Positions 39,405-49,218 are shown, counted from the first letter of the stretch. The stretch is DNA of 64,000 nucleotides from an uncultured delta proteobacterium (GCA_963771465.1 CAVYTU010000015.1:448001-512000), one strand, 5' to 3'. Numbers and translations are program-made. The notes: generated by a model from the sequence alone, not told the origin.

Positions 39405-39688
39405 GCCCGATTGACCAACTAATTAAGCCAGTTAAGTCTTTAAATTTCCAAAGATTTCCCACTTGAGGCGGAGAAATGTGGGTAACGCCACAGAAGCGCG
39501 ATGACACACCGCTTCTGGACAATATTGGCCAACTAATGCGGTTTACGGCCAACTTCGTGGCCAATTAAGTCAGGTTCTTGCACGGATCGTGGGGACTCAA
39601 CTGTACGTACTGAGGCACCTTGAAAGAATCTAGTACCATTGCGCCACCATTGGCAGTCTCAAGTTGAGCCAAACTATCATCGCAGGCG

Positions 39689-41182
39689 CTACTCGCCGCG
39701 CGCGCGCAATACCGCATGACGCGCTTGGACCTGTTCGAGCTGGCGATGCCACTTCGACGCATACTCTTTGCGCGTCTCATCGGTGATGGCGCTGGTGGCG
39801 GGAAACTTATCGCGCCACTCCCACGGCCGGACCGCTTCGATGATCATGCGCGAGTTGAAACCCTTCTGGCCGGGCTGAATGATTGGGTCCAAAGGTCCGC
39901 TCCAGCAGCGCCGCAAGAGGTCTACTGACGTCGCAGGATCGCTACGAGTGCAGATTGCCCAGAGCACTTCGTTGGTATCGGTGATGTCGATGTCATCATC
40001 GACGACGACGACGTAACGGCCCAGATAAGCGCCGGCGTGGCATTGACAGGCGACCAACGCAGCCTGCTTGGCATGGCCTGGGTAACGTTGCTTGATGGCC
40101 ACTACGATCATGAAACGCTGCGCCGGCGGCGGCAGGTAAACGCCTTTGATATCCGGTACGCCGGCTTGTTCCATGCCGTTCCAAACCGTCGCGGCGCGCA
40201 AGCAGGATCGATACATGCCGTGAATCGTCGGCTTGAACGGCGCCGCGCCGGTAATGATCGGATCGTTGCGGTAGTAAAGCGCTTTGACGCGCACAAACGG
40301 CTCAGCGCGCCGCGCGCTGGCGTAATATCCCGGCCACTCGCCAAATGGACCTTCCTGCATCGATTCGCCGGGGATAATTTCGCCTTCGATGACGATTTCG
40401 GAATTCGCTGGAAAGCGTAATCCCGTCACCGGCCCTTCGATGACGTCGATCGGCTGGCCGATCAAGCCACCCGCCCAATCATATTCGTTGACGCCGAATG
40501 GCACGGCCTGGGAAGCGGCGATGTAGAGCAGCGGATGCTGACCGAATGCCATCGCGACAGGAAACGGCTTGCCGGCTTTCATCGCCTTATCATAGTGAAT
40601 CTTGCCGTGTTTGCCCGGCGAGATATACAGGCCGACTTTGTCCTTGTCTTGCAGCATCACCCGGTAGCAGCCGATATTTTCGACGCCGGTTTCCGGATCG
40701 CGGGTCACCACCAAGTGAGCCGTGCCGAGATAGCGGCCGCCGTCGCCGGCGTGCCAACGCGGCACGGGAAATTTCGTCAGATCGACCTGCTCGCCGTGCT
40801 CGACGTTCTCAAAGACCGGACCAGTGGAGACAACGTTCGCCGTGATCGGTTGCATCGTCCGCAGCTTGGCACGTAAGGCGTCGATCAGTGGAATGATTTT
40901 TAGATCGAGCGGCAAACTGAGCGTCAGCGCCGTGCGCTCCAACGTTTCCAGCATGTTCACCAGCACGCGCCGGTTCGGATCGAACCCGGGAACGTTGTCG
41001 AACACAATGGCGGGCGGCGTAGCAATTCTTTCAAGAATTATTTCCGTCAGCGCGCCAAGTTCCAGGTCCCAATGGGCGCCGGAAATCTGCTCTAATTGCT
41101 CCAGCCGCTTGACGTCTTTGAGCCAGTCGCGCAGATCAACGCTATTGGTCGCTTTCATCTGAGTTGCCGCCGCAGTAGCCAT
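39689..41182 (-). CDS. UbiD-family (prFMN-dependent) decarboxylase
   Basis: DLRDWL, GDGGRY, NIGCYR, EGPFGEWPGYY, VVVDDDID. Confidence 0.94.
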   Translation of the reverse strand: MATAAATQMKATNSVDLRDWLKDVKRLEQLEQISGAHWDLELGALTEIILERIATPPAIVFDNVPGFDPNRRVLVNMLETLERTALTLSLPLDLKIIPLIDALRAKLRTMQPITANVVSTGPVFENVEHGEQVDLTKFPVPRWHAGDGGRYLGTAHLVVTRDPETGVENIGCYRVMLQDKDKVGLYISPGKHGKIHYDKAMKAGKPFPVAMAFGQHPLLYIAASQAVPFGVNEYDWAGGLIGQPIDVIEGPVTGLRFPANSEIVIEGEIIPGESMQEGPFGEWPGYYASARRAEPFVRVKALYYRNDPIITGAAPFKPTIHGMYRSCLRAATVWNGMEQAGVPDIKGVYLPPPAQRFMIVVAIKQRYPGHAKQAALVACQCHAGAYLGRYVVVVDDDIDITDTNEVLWAICTRSDPATSVDLLRRCWSGPLDPIIQPGQKGFNSRMIIEAVRPWEWRDKFPATSAITDETRKEYASKWHRQLEQVQARHAVLRARGE

Positions 41183-41209
41183 GGGGACTCCTTCGTTCAG
41201 CTGTAAAAG

Positions 41210-42214
41210 TTATTCGGTTAAGCCGTGTGTGCTCGGATGAAAAATCTCTTTGGGCGTGATTTCTCGCCCGGAAATCCCTTGAGCATGACAGTAAGTGAAA
41301 AACTTATCGAGCACATGGCGGTTCGCCGCCAGACCATAGGCCCAAGGATCGCTTTGAAACAAACCCTGCTCTTCGGCGAGATAATGATTGGGCCAGGCTT
41401 CGACCAAACTCGGAATCGTCCGGCGCCAGCGCTGCGCCCAGCGCTTTGCATCACTGTAGAGTTGAAACAATTGCGCGGGCAGTTCGGGATGCTGATCGAC
41501 CAAATTTTTTTGCAGCGCCAGCACGTGCATGATCGGCAAGATTTTCGTATCGCGAAAATAGCGCGCTTCGACCTGATGAGAATTCTCGAACAGCTTCTTG
41601 ACCGAATCGTTGGCGAGCAAAATCGCCAGCTGGGATTCAGTCACGCCCAAGGCGTCGACTTGACCGTCGAACAGCGCATGGCAAGCACGCTCGGAAGTGT
41701 TCTTGCCGCTGTTTTCGATCATGCGGATCACTGAGCCATCGCGTGGCTGCACCGTGGCGCCCGGATCGTGATCGTCCCAATGGTGCATCGAGGCGACGTA
41801 CCACTGCGAATCTTGGACCGACACGCCATAGGAGTCGACCAGCATGCCGCGCATCCAGATCGCCGCGGTTTGCACCCAGCGCAGAAAGCCGATTTTTCGG
41901 CCGCTCAAATCGGACGGCGTCTTGATACCGGAATCTTTACGGCAAAAGATAAAACCATGGCGAAACATGCGCGAGGGAAAAACCGGGATAGCGATGAAGT
42001 CGGCTTTGCCCCGGGAAGTGTAATAGATCAACTCGCCGAGGGACATCTCTGAAACATCGTACTGTCCCTTGAACATACCGGCGAACATCCCCGGCACATC
42101 CTCGGTCTCGGTAATGTCGAATTCGAATCCGGCAATCGCCATCTGCCCGCGCAAGATCGGCAAAACCCCATCGTACGCTCGGTTGGCCAGGCGAATCTTT
42201 ATTGCTGAAGTCAT
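41210..42214 (-). CDS. 4,5-dihydroxyphthalate-decarboxylase-like PBP-fold protein
   Basis: YDVSEMS, PVFPSRMFRHG, QTAAIWMRG, PIMH, DPWAYGL; no signal peptide. Confidence 0.82.
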   Translation of the reverse strand: MTSAIKIRLANRAYDGVLPILRGQMAIAGFEFDITETEDVPGMFAGMFKGQYDVSEMSLGELIYYTSRGKADFIAIPVFPSRMFRHGFIFCRKDSGIKTPSDLSGRKIGFLRWVQTAAIWMRGMLVDSYGVSVQDSQWYVASMHHWDDHDPGATVQPRDGSVIRMIENSGKNTSERACHALFDGQVDALGVTESQLAILLANDSVKKLFENSHQVEARYFRDTKILPIMHVLALQKNLVDQHPELPAQLFQLYSDAKRWAQRWRRTIPSLVEAWPNHYLAEEQGLFQSDPWAYGLAANRHVLDKFFTYCHAQGISGREITPKEIFHPSTHGLTE

Positions 42215-42261
42215 GGTTGTATGCCCTGAGTCTCGTCGAAATGGAGGAGAACGCAATGTGT

Positions 42262-43261
42262 CTAAGCGGCGGTCTCTTCCCGATAGAGCTGCAACGCTTC
42301 CATCACTGGCCGGTCGTTGATGGAAAAAAGAATTGCTTCGTCATTGCCAAGATTCTCATGGCCGTGCCACTGCCAGAGGGGAATCACAAAGCTGTCACCC
42401 TTTTTCCATTCCAGATACCCTTCGCCGACCTTCGTGCGTCCCTGACCTTTAAAGCAATGATAGAGCGATGTGCTGGTGTGACGGTGCGCCTTTGTCGACT
42501 CTTTCGCATTGAACAGCTGAATCTCGCACGACATCGTCGGGTAGGTGTAGCCGCCGGTGGCCGGATTGATGTAACGCAGCAGCGTACCGTCATAAGGATC
42601 GCGATCGTCCTTCCCCATCGCTTTCAGTGCCCGGTAAGTTTCTTTGAAGGAATAACGAAACGGCACGCCGCGGCGGTATGACGCTTCCTGTTTCGGCGGG
42701 CGTGCAAAGCCCATGCGGCCGAGCGACTCGCCGGTTTGCCGGGTGATTTTTTGTTCTGGCGTTGCCGAATCTTCGAAGAACAAAACGTTGAGCGACTGGA
42801 TCAGCGGACCATCCAGACCATCAAGCCAGATGATCGGATCTTCCGACTCATTGTGATGATCATGCCAAGTCCAGTTGGGCGTCAGAATCAGGTCGCCTTC
42901 TTCCATGAAGAATTTCTCACCGTCCACCGCCGTGTAGGCGCCCTTGCCTTGCACGACGAAGCGAATTGCCGCCATGTTATGGCGGTGTGCTTTGGCGACT
43001 TCGCCGGGATTGACGATGGAAAAAGTGATCTGCAGCGTGTGCGAAGTAGAATTTCATCGGCAGATGCGGACTGACCAAACGAATCGCGCGCCGCTCTGCT
43101 TGTTCGATGCCAATCGTCTCGCTCGCTTTGAGCAGCCCGTCGAGCAGCGGTTCCCATTTCCACAAATACGGCGCTTCCGAAGCATGCCCCGGCACACGCG
43201 TACGCCAGAACCCGGAGAGCTGATTTTTTTCTAGCTGGCTATCGAGTTCTTCGAGCTTCAT
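42262..43261 (-). CDS. Gentisate 1,2-dioxygenase-like bicupin (frameshift near 43052)
   Basis: AERRAIRL, AHRHNMAAIRF, TPNWTWHDH, WLDGLD, YINPATGG, AHRHTS. Confidence 0.88.
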
Positions 43262-43276
43262 CGCCGCTCCCCCAGT

Positions 43277-43984
43277 TTAGGCCGCTTTCTCCATCGCCTG
43301 CGCCATTCCGCCAAAGTAAGCGCGGTGAATTTCCATGGATTCTTTCGCGGTGGTGAGCACGTCTTGCTCTCGTCCCGGCGCGACGTACTTCTCCAGTACA
43401 TCGATGAACATGTCCGAGTGTTTCACGTCGGCCTTGCTATGCGCCGTGAAGTTCGGCATCTGCGCGTCGGAGAAATTCAGATCCCGCTGCCAGTTCTTGT
43501 AGAGCCGGGTGCAGTTTCCGCCGCCAAGATCGCCGAGCAAGCGATCGTCATTGGTCCATTCGGCGATCGTCGAAGCGGCGATGGATTCCTGCCAGGCGCG
43601 ATTGCGCGCGATCCACGACCACGCGTAGATCGCCGCCGTGGTCGTCGGCAGCGGCGCGGCGGCGAGAATATCCTCGACACTCAAGCCAACTTCCTTGCCT
43701 TGGCGAAAGATCAGATCGAGGTGGCCGTGCTTGGAGTGTTCGTCTTCGATCAACTCTTCATATTCATGGGACATGATGCGCTGCTTGACATCGAACTCGG
43801 GACAATTCGCCGCTACTTGAGGCCAAAAATCGCGCCGTTTGCGGACGTAGAGACTCAACTGCAAGAGATAAATCTGCGCCCGCCGCTCGGTCATCTTTAC
43901 TGAGTAAAACTGCTCCATCTCGGGCGATTGGAACAAGTCACGCACACATTCGCCCAACTTTTGTCGCCATTCCTGTGGTTTCAT
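43277..43984 (-). CDS. Heme-oxygenase-like dimetal oxidase (TenA/PqqC/CADD superfamily)
   Basis: AANCP, 'HEYEE...HGH', 'IAE', 'FTAHSKADVKH' (H-x3-D-x2-H). Confidence 0.8.
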   Translation of the reverse strand: MKPQEWRQKLGECVRDLFQSPEMEQFYSVKMTERRAQIYLLQLSLYVRKRRDFWPQVAANCPEFDVKQRIMSHEYEELIEDEHSKHGHLDLIFRQGKEVGLSVEDILAAAPLPTTTAAIYAWSWIARNRAWQESIAASTIAEWTNDDRLLGDLGGGNCTRLYKNWQRDLNFSDAQMPNFTAHSKADVKHSDMFIDVLEKYVAPGREQDVLTTAKESMEIHRAYFGGMAQAMEKAA

Positions 43985-44330
43985 GATCGTTCCCTCCATC
44001 GACAATCGATTACATGAATGAAGCGTAACTCAATACTTGGGTTGGTCGTCGGCACAAACCATCTGAAAAGTTTTTGCGCCACGCCCCCGTAGACGTAATC
44101 AATCCGCTAATAAATTGTCAAGCAGAGAGACCCATTGGCACAGGCGGCGATCCGCGACTGACACCCGGGACATCGGCGGCGGTGACAAAAGCTGGCTGAA
44201 GGGAATTGGCTCGAATTACGTGGATGGTTGAGTAACTACATTGACCGAGCACGGCGAGAGCCGGTGCGGAATACGTATTCAGCGAGAGTCAGATGCGGAT
44301 ATTTGGCAAAACGAGACCGGCAAAAATCGC

Positions 44331-44684
44331 TCACAGCTCATCGATGGCGCTCAAAAGTTCTTGGAGGTCCACGGGCTTGGTAAAAAAAGCCGAGGCGCCT
44401 TTCCCAAACGCTTGGCGCCGGGTATCGGTGGTGGGAAACGCTGTCATCATGATGACTTTAATTTCAGGTTGGCGCTGCTTCATTTCCCCCAAGAGCGATA
44501 GTCCATCCATCGAACCCATTCTAATATCGATTAATGCCAGGTCCGAAGCCGCTTTTTCAACGAGCTTCAAAGCGTCTTCACCGTTCAGTGCGGTGCGAAC
44601 CTGGTAACCCCTAGTGGTCAAAAACCAATCCAAAAGGTCCACAAAGTTTTCTTCGTCATCGACGACCAATACAGACTTGACCAT
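44331..44684 (-). CDS. Single-domain response regulator
   Basis: VLVVDDE, IDIRMG, MTAFPT, TKP. Confidence 0.9.
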   Translation of the reverse strand: MVKSVLVVDDEENFVDLLDWFLTTRGYQVRTALNGEDALKLVEKAASDLALIDIRMGSMDGLSLLGEMKQRQPEIKVIMMTAFPTTDTRRQAFGKGASAFFTKPVDLQELLSAIDEL

Positions 44685-44778
44685 CGTTTTATCCGCACTT
44701 AATGTCCCTACACTATTCATAAATCCTGCATCGCGCACATACTGACTGCCCTGGCTTCAGCTGCCTCCTATTTAGCTA

Positions 44779-44794
44779 AGCAGAAATCATTCCA
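44779..44794 (-). promoter_or_regulatory. Sigma54-like promoter
   Basis: TGGAATGATTTCTGCT (GG-N10-GC). Confidence 0.5.
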
Positions 44795-45146
44795 GTGCCC
44801 CATTTACCCAAATAACGTAAAATTGGTAGGTTTTTTGTTTCCAATCCATCGTAATGGAGATTTAATCGAACAACATCTAGCGCTTTTTGAACGAATTTTC
44901 CGGACGGAAAGTTCGCGATATGAATAGATTTTCCCCACATACATTAGCTTCTTTGCCTTTACCCCGGTGTGTTTGATTTATTGCTGCATGGGTCCGCCGT
45001 TGCACGGCCACTGCTGACTGTGTCAGCCAAAACACGCCGGGCTGACGAGCAGAATTAATAACTTATCCGGATTGTATTAGCAGCTGCAGAAGTCGCGGCG
45101 TGAACCCAGAGTTTTGTCACCAGATCGGCCACGGTCTTGGAGAAGA

Positions 45147-45184
45147 TGGGACGGGAACCGCGCTGTCGCTCGGTTCCCGTCCCA
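45147..45184 (-). terminator. Perfect 14-bp hairpin downstream of the PRC-CsbD operon
   Basis: TGGGACGGGAACCG-N10-CGGTTCCCGTCCCA; no strong U-tract. Confidence 0.55.
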
Positions 45185-45216
45185 CGGACGGAGAGGCTAG
45201 TCTTTTCTTCCCCTCG

Positions 45217-45609
45217 CTAATCGTTCTTGTCGGACCTGCTAGCTGCACTCTCTCCTGTCTTTTGTCCAGACTTCGTTATGGCGTCAGCCAGTAACATACC
45301 ACCTTGATCTCGATAGGTAACGCTTACGTTATCGCCAATTTTGATCGACTCAAGGGATTCCTTAGCCGCGCTCGCTTGTACATTTAGGTTGAGGTCTTTC
45401 TCGGCCGTCTTGACCGCAAGTTTGCCGGTTTTGACATCGACGGAAGTTACTTGGCCCGTGGCGCGTTTTGCGCTGGCTTTGCTTTCCATGCCGGCTTCCG
45501 CCGCTGGTTTTGCGGGTTTCGCCGGTTTGTCTTCTTGCGCAAAGCTCATGGCAGAAACAGCCATCATTCCAACACCTACTAAACAGGACGTCACAAGTTT
45601 ATTTCGCAT
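45217..45609 (-). CDS. Secreted small beta-barrel (OB-fold-like) protein
   Basis: Signal peptide ending SFA; 'GQVTSVD...IKIGDNVSVTY'. Confidence 0.75.
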   Translation of the reverse strand: MRNKLVTSCLVGVGMMAVSAMSFAQEDKPAKPAKPAAEAGMESKASAKRATGQVTSVDVKTGKLAVKTAEKDLNLNVQASAAKESLESIKIGDNVSVTYRDQGGMLLADAITKSGQKTGESAASRSDKND

Positions 45610-45637
45610 AAAATATCTCCTTCTGATCATTTGTTAT

Positions 45638-45868
45638 TTATATTCGATTTCCGGCTTCCGTTGTCTTGTGGGAACTCTTTTCGCACCAATCCTCGGCCCA
45701 GCGCTCCACTTCCTCTTTCCGATCACCGTAGCGCTTTTGCACAACGCCGAGGAATTTATCGTAATCACCCTCAGCTTCCACAAGATCGTTATCGGTAAGC
45801 TGACCCCACTTTTTCTTCACCTCTCCTTTAAACTGTCGCCAATTCCCTTTGAATTGATCTCTATTCAT
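45638..45868 (-). CDS. CsbD/YjbJ-family general stress protein
   Basis: MNRDQFKGNWRQFKGEVKKKWGQLTDNDL...QKRYG. Confidence 0.93.
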   Translation of the reverse strand: MNRDQFKGNWRQFKGEVKKKWGQLTDNDLVEAEGDYDKFLGVVQKRYGDRKEEVERWAEDWCEKSSHKTTEAGNRI

Positions 45869-45919
45869 CAAATCGTCCCTCCTTCATTAATTATTCAAAC
45901 ACTCTTTCTCCTGCTGCCC

Positions 45920-46666
45920 TTAACACCACCAATAGTTTGGCTGACCGTAATGCCCGTAGAGTTCCGTCTCGTACGAGCGACTGAGCTTTTCTGGGTCGTA
46001 CTCGGGACTGGTCTTAATCGCATGACGCGACAAATTGACGTAGAGGTTGGAATTTTTCCAATCGACGTTCGCAACCCATTGAGGAGCGATCAGCACTTTT
46101 TTACCTGGCCACCAATCGCGCGTGTGGGCGATCATATAGCGGATAGTCCAGCTCTCATCGTCGACCACGAAGTCATCGACGTGACCGATCTCTCCGTCGG
46201 TTGCCTGGAGCGCATACCCAGTCACGTCTTTCACGCTGCGCAAATGTGACTCGTTGATTGCTTGGGTCAGCGCAACCTTTCTATCGATTCCTTCAGTGAT
46301 CAAGTCTTGCGGCAACGTCACGGGACCCCATACGTCCCCACCCTCCCAATAATAGGGCCAAGCATAATAGTCGTAGTACTTGATTTCATCCTGTGCAGAT
46401 AGGCTCTCGTCCATACTAATGTCAGGGCTGTTTCTTACTTGCTCTTGGGTCAGCAGAACGGGGAGTCGTTTCTCTTCCCAATCAGCGCGATCGATTACAA
46501 TGGGTGAAATCAACACTTTTCTTCCAGCCAGCCAACGATTGGTATCGGCCACCAAGTAACGAACCGTCCAGTTTTTGTCATCGAAGATGAAGTCGCTTGC
46601 TGCGCCAATATCGCCATCTTTAGCTCCTATCGAGAAACCTTTCAGGTCTTTCATTTTTCGCAGCAT
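45920..46666 (-). CDS. Tandem PRC-barrel protein
   Basis: Two repeats 'GxxIxAxDGxIGxxxDFxxDDxxWTxRY'; ends YETELYGHYGQPNYW. Confidence 0.9.
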   Translation of the reverse strand: MLRKMKDLKGFSIGAKDGDIGAASDFIFDDKNWTVRYLVADTNRWLAGRKVLISPIVIDRADWEEKRLPVLLTQEQVRNSPDISMDESLSAQDEIKYYDYYAWPYYWEGGDVWGPVTLPQDLITEGIDRKVALTQAINESHLRSVKDVTGYALQATDGEIGHVDDFVVDDESWTIRYMIAHTRDWWPGKKVLIAPQWVANVDWKNSNLYVNLSRHAIKTSPEYDPEKLSRSYETELYGHYGQPNYWWC

Positions 46667-46724
46667 GGTCGGTTCTCCATTTTCCGTGAACGCGCGCGGA
46701 CGTAATTCCTACCCCTACCTAAAC

Positions 46725-46740
46725 GCACATACGATGCCAA
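46725..46740 (-). promoter_or_regulatory. Sigma54 promoter for the PRC-CsbD operon
   Basis: TTGGCATCGTATGTGC, 58 nt upstream of ATG 46666. Confidence 0.65.
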
Positions 46741-46967
46741 CGGTGTCGCATTTGTGTAAGGTTCGTTTTTTCAGCCAGTTATAAATCTTGAATTCGTTGG
46801 CTGAGTTGTCAGAAGCAGAACTATTCCCTACACAAGCAACGGACAGCGTGAGGAATTTTCATGAGGCAGACAACGAGCTCCGTGAAGAAAGATGTGTTGA
46901 GCCGATTTCGTAGCGTCTCTAAAGACTGCTTTCATGTCTGTGACTTTTTCTTGCTACTGAGGAAGGA

Positions 46968-46996
46968 GGTCCCGATCTCGTGAAGAGACCGGGACC
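46968..46996 (-). terminator. Hairpin downstream of the DUF1328 gene
   Basis: GGTCCCGATCTC-N5-GAGACCGGGACC. Confidence 0.5.
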
Positions 46997-47021
46997 CTAG
47001 GCAGGCAAAATTACCAGGAAA

Positions 47022-47186
47022 CTAAACAGGAGGTCTTCGACCCATCACGAGACCCACAACAAACAGGATCATGAACACGACGAACAGGATCCATGCGATC
47101 TGAGTCGCCGCACCGGCCACGCCGCTGAGACCCAACACACCGGCGATCAGAGCTACCACTAGAAATGTTATAGCCCAATTTAACAT
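47022..47186 (-). CDS. DUF1328/UPF0391 (YtjA-like) small membrane protein, 54 aa
   Basis: Manual translation [54 protein letters not shown]; AGGAGG RBS. Confidence 0.9.
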   Translation of the reverse strand: MLNWAITFLVVALIAGVLGLSGVAGAATQIAWILFVVFMILFVVGLVMGRRPPV

Positions 47187-47250
47187 AGACAGGCCCTCCT
47201 TTCCGCGAAAGTAGCTTTCGCCGATTTCAGTTTTCTCTTCGCCTTCTGCT

Positions 47251-47388
47251 TCACATTCGCACCAGTCCCAAGATGCCGATCACGATCAGATAGATGGCAA
47301 CGATGTAATTCAACAATCTGGGAATCATCAGGATCAATATTCCTGAGATCAGTGCTACCAAAGGCTGAAGGGCGACTTGTATTTGCAT
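47251..47388 (-). CDS. DUF3096-family small membrane protein, 45 aa
   Basis: [45 protein letters not shown]. Confidence 0.88.
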   Translation of the reverse strand: MQIQVALQPLVALISGILILMIPRLLNYIVAIYLIVIGILGLVRM

Positions 47389-47485
47389 CACCTTAAATCC
47401 TCAACCGCGCTCGCGTGACCGAGTCAAGTAGACTCGTTCCATTAGCATTCTCCATCACAACAGCTCAACAATTCGATTCGCCCGA

Positions 47486-47586
47486 TCAAGTGCAGCCGCG
47501 AACTAAAAAAAGTATTAACAACAGTGGAATCGGCACGCCGATCCCCACAAAAGTATCCATCCAATTGCACCTTTTTCGTTATGCAT
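47486..47586 (-). CDS. 33-aa membrane microprotein (needs +1 G in a G-run)
   Basis: GAGGAG RBS; MHNEKGAIGWILLW/GIGVPIPLLLILFLVRGCT. Confidence 0.6.
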
Positions 47587-47618
47587 TGTTCTCCTCAATT
47601 TTATTTGTGACACCAAAT

Positions 47619-47891
47619 TTAGAATGCTAAATCAATCAGGCCGCCGACCGCCCGAAATGGCAACGCCAACGTTTTGCCGACAATATCCACAGTGCCACTG
47701 AGGATGCCGCCTGATTCGGTACTGCTTTTTTCCGTCTCAGTGGTCTCGGTTCTTCTCACCACAGGGCCAGTCGCGGCATCCGTATGATCGCGAGTGGTTT
47801 CGTAGGATTCGGTTTTAACGGTCTTGCTTTGCGTCGAGCAAGCCGACGTCAATAAAATTCCCGATATCAACAAATATCCTAGCGTTTTCAC
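47619..47891 (-). CDS. Small lipoprotein
   Basis: Lipobox LTSAC; Thr/Glu-rich linker; C-terminal amphipathic 'VGKTLALPFRAVGGL'. Confidence 0.8.
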   Translation of the reverse strand: MKTLGYLLISGILLTSACSTQSKTVKTESYETTRDHTDAATGPVVRRTETTETEKSSTESGGILSGTVDIVGKTLALPFRAVGGLIDLAF

Positions 47892-47902
47892 GGCAACCTC
47901 CT

Positions 47903-48079
47903 CTACGCGATTTTTAAAACTTTGCGCCGCTTCAATCGCACTCGTCGCTTTGCGAAGAGATCCTTCACAATAAAAGACACCAAAAAATTGGTATTGACCG
48001 AGCCGCGAGTTAACGGCGAAATTTCCTCGGTCACGGCCGCAATCAAATCTCCTAACGTCGCCTTCTTCGGTAGAGTCAT
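47903..48079 (-). CDS. Small basic hypothetical protein, 58 aa
   Basis: AGGAGG RBS; MTLPKKATLGDLIAAVTEEI... Confidence 0.65.
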   Translation of the reverse strand: MTLPKKATLGDLIAAVTEEISPLTRGSVNTNFLVSFIVKDLFAKRRVRLKRRKVLKIA

Positions 48080-48155
48080 AGTCAAGCCTCCTGAGTTCTC
48101 GTACTTCCCAAAACGAGTGCGCTCAATGTCGCCCAGGTTTCTGCAGACCCGATTG

Positions 48156-48171
48156 AGCAACCACCATGCCA
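48156..48171 (-). promoter_or_regulatory. Sigma54 promoter for the small-protein operon
   Basis: TGGCATGGTGGTTGCT, near-consensus. Confidence 0.8.
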
Positions 48172-48541
48172 GGACCTGACAAATCAGAAATTCTCTTTTG
48201 TTTAATAGATTCTCGCGATTTTATCGGTGCGGAGAATTAGCCGCGCGAGCGGTTCTTCACCTGCAATTTGTCGGGATTTCTCTTCTTAGTAGGTTTTCGG
48301 CCGGCGATTTTTCAGCACGTGAATTCCGAAACTCGCGTTGAATGGCCGATTTGGCAGAGCCTAGGCAAACGATGTTCCCGTTACTCTTCCTGCCCGCCCA
48401 ATCTCTAAGGAGAGGGGTTTAACTTCTATGTTAGTATTTTCCCTCTCGCGGAGAGCGAAAAATCAGACAAGCAAAAGGTTTAAGATATCTAGTAATCGGC
48501 TAAGTGATCTACAGCACAGCAGTATCGAAGGTCGATAGGTC

Positions 48542-48557
48542 TGGCATGTCATTTGTT
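48542..48557 (+). promoter_or_regulatory. Sigma54-like promoter (-12 GT variant)
   Basis: TGGCATGTCATTTGTT upstream of the BON lipoprotein. Confidence 0.55.
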
Positions 48558-48626
48558 AGGTAATAGATTATGACGAATTTCGTGTCGTCATAATTCGCAA
48601 AAAAGTAGGGAAAATAGGAGGACCAG

Positions 48627-48977
48627 ATGAGACATTCATACTGGCTCACGCCAATCGTTCTGAGTTCGGTTTTGATTTTACCGGGTTGCGATAAGGGAAA
48701 GGATCAACCCACCCCGACATCGGAAAGCGCACCGAGCACCGCGACTACGAAAATGTCGGATTCCGATTTGGAAAAATCAATTCGCGCCAAGTTAGAAAGC
48801 GATGATGCAGTCAAACAAGCCAACTTATCGGTTAAAGTCGACGTAAACGATAATAAGGCGACTCTATCAGGAACCGTCGTTTCCCAAGATCTCAGGAGTA
48901 AGGCGATCGATCTGGCGAAAAGCGCACAGCCGGGATTGATCGTAGAGGACAAGATCGATGTTAAACCAGCCGCGTAA
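48627..48977 (+). CDS. BON-domain lipoprotein (OsmY-like)
   Basis: Lipobox ILPGC; 'SDSDLEKSIRAKL...ATLSGTV...AIDLAK'. Confidence 0.88.
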   Translation: MRHSYWLTPIVLSSVLILPGCDKGKDQPTPTSESAPSTATTKMSDSDLEKSIRAKLESDDAVKQANLSVKVDVNDNKATLSGTVVSQDLRSKAIDLAKSAQPGLIVEDKIDVKPAA

Positions 48978-49020
48978 TGTAAGCCGAGCGCCACGGCAAA
49001 GAATCGGCGGCGAGGCCGCC

Positions 49021-49182
49021 GAACTGGTGGCGGACAAAGCCACCAACTTCACCCGTATCGATGTAGATACGACTAATCATGTGGTCTCACTAACCGGCAT
49101 GGTCGAGTCGCCTGAGCAAAAAGCGCGCGCCCGGCAAATTGCAATGGATGTCAGTGGCGTGCGCCGAGTCGACAACAATTAA
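49021..49182 (+). pseudogene. BON-domain remnant
   Basis: ELVADKATNFTRIDVDTTNHVVSLTGMVESPEQKARARQIAMDVSGVRRVDNN*; no start or signal peptide. Confidence 0.7.
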
Positions 49183-49218
49183 CGGCACGGACCGTCGTGA
49201 AAGACTCGGAGAGATAAC

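Noticed and set aside
44040-44100. c-di-GMP-I riboswitch-like GGCACAAACC...GAAA hairpin
   Set aside because: Lacks the second stem and GCAAAG/receptor elements, and the resemblance is on the strand opposite to the downstream operon
31103-44300. Integrative element or prophage at tRNA-Arg(CCG)
   Set aside because: No integrase, phage or conjugation genes, and I found no duplicated tRNA 3' end; the excisionase-like HTH alone is insufficient
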